This document shows positions 37,947 through 38,083 of a stretch of DNA of 38,083 nucleotides, piece after piece (position 1 is the first letter of the stretch; the number at the start of each line of letters is the position of its first letter). This DNA comes from a bacterium (GTDB lineage: Bacteria; Bdellovibrionota_C; UBA2361; CALJRW01). A program made the position numbers and the translations under genes. The notes below the pieces were generated by a model. It did no database searches. It worked only from the letters and a program-made list of their open reading frames with translations, and was not told the origin of the DNA. Location of the stretch: NCBI GenBank assembly GCA_031385045.1, contig JANNBC010000003.1:1-38083 (forward strand). Direction: 5' to 3'.

Positions 37947-38083
37947 GAATGTCACTTACCTTCCTCCAGAGTTACGCCATTACTTTTTGATAGAACTGCT
38001 GCCTTTTCGTAACGATCTTTGCCATTTTTAATAACTCGAGGGTAACTTCTATTTTTATTTTTACGATTTGGAAGCTTAGCTTG
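37947..38083 (-). mobile_element. Terminal part of a probable IS4-family element (transposase C-terminus plus candidate inverted repeat), runs off right edge
   Basis: Open frame QAKLPNRKNKNRSYPRVIK...EEGK* (stop 37952-37954). RSYPRVIK resembles IS4 transposase C-termini, and GAATGTCACTTA at 37947 overlaps the stop like a terminal IR. Confidence 0.6.

Overview
Low-GC window from a diderm bacterium (TolC, outer-membrane beta-barrel and lipoprotein genes present); taxon not assignable by eye. The left 2.4 kb is the right end of an element integrated in tRNA-Leu(CAA): a partial NucS-like/DUF4268-type nuclease gene, an OLD-family ABC-ATPase/TOPRIM nuclease, then an att site (3' tRNA fragment, IHF consensus, arm-type repeats) and a REP-like repeat cluster. 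It is followed by an ABC-TMD/HlyD/TolC operon with no ATPase domain, vapBC, a divergent PTS enzyme I, a 2-hydroxyacid dehydrogenase homologue lacking catalytic residues, yebC, a dif-like site, two putative proteases, cysDN, dus, pirin, a Cys-rich lipoprotein, an OM barrel, feoAB, a tandem-duplicated MoxR-like AAA+ ATPase, an FAD oxidoreductase, a complete shikimate operon with two fusions (CM-PDT-ACT-DAHPS and AroB-AroA), a CREST-family membrane protein, dinJ with a nonsense-broken yafQ-like toxin, tRNA-Thr(UGU) and the end of a probable IS4-family element. The most notable unannotated signal is a pair of tiny, apparently leaderless leader peptides with matching architecture, Cys-rich before cysDN and Phe/Tyr-rich before the aro operon, suggesting amino-acid-sensing attenuation without a classical strong terminator. 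All family calls come from motif recognition, not database searches.
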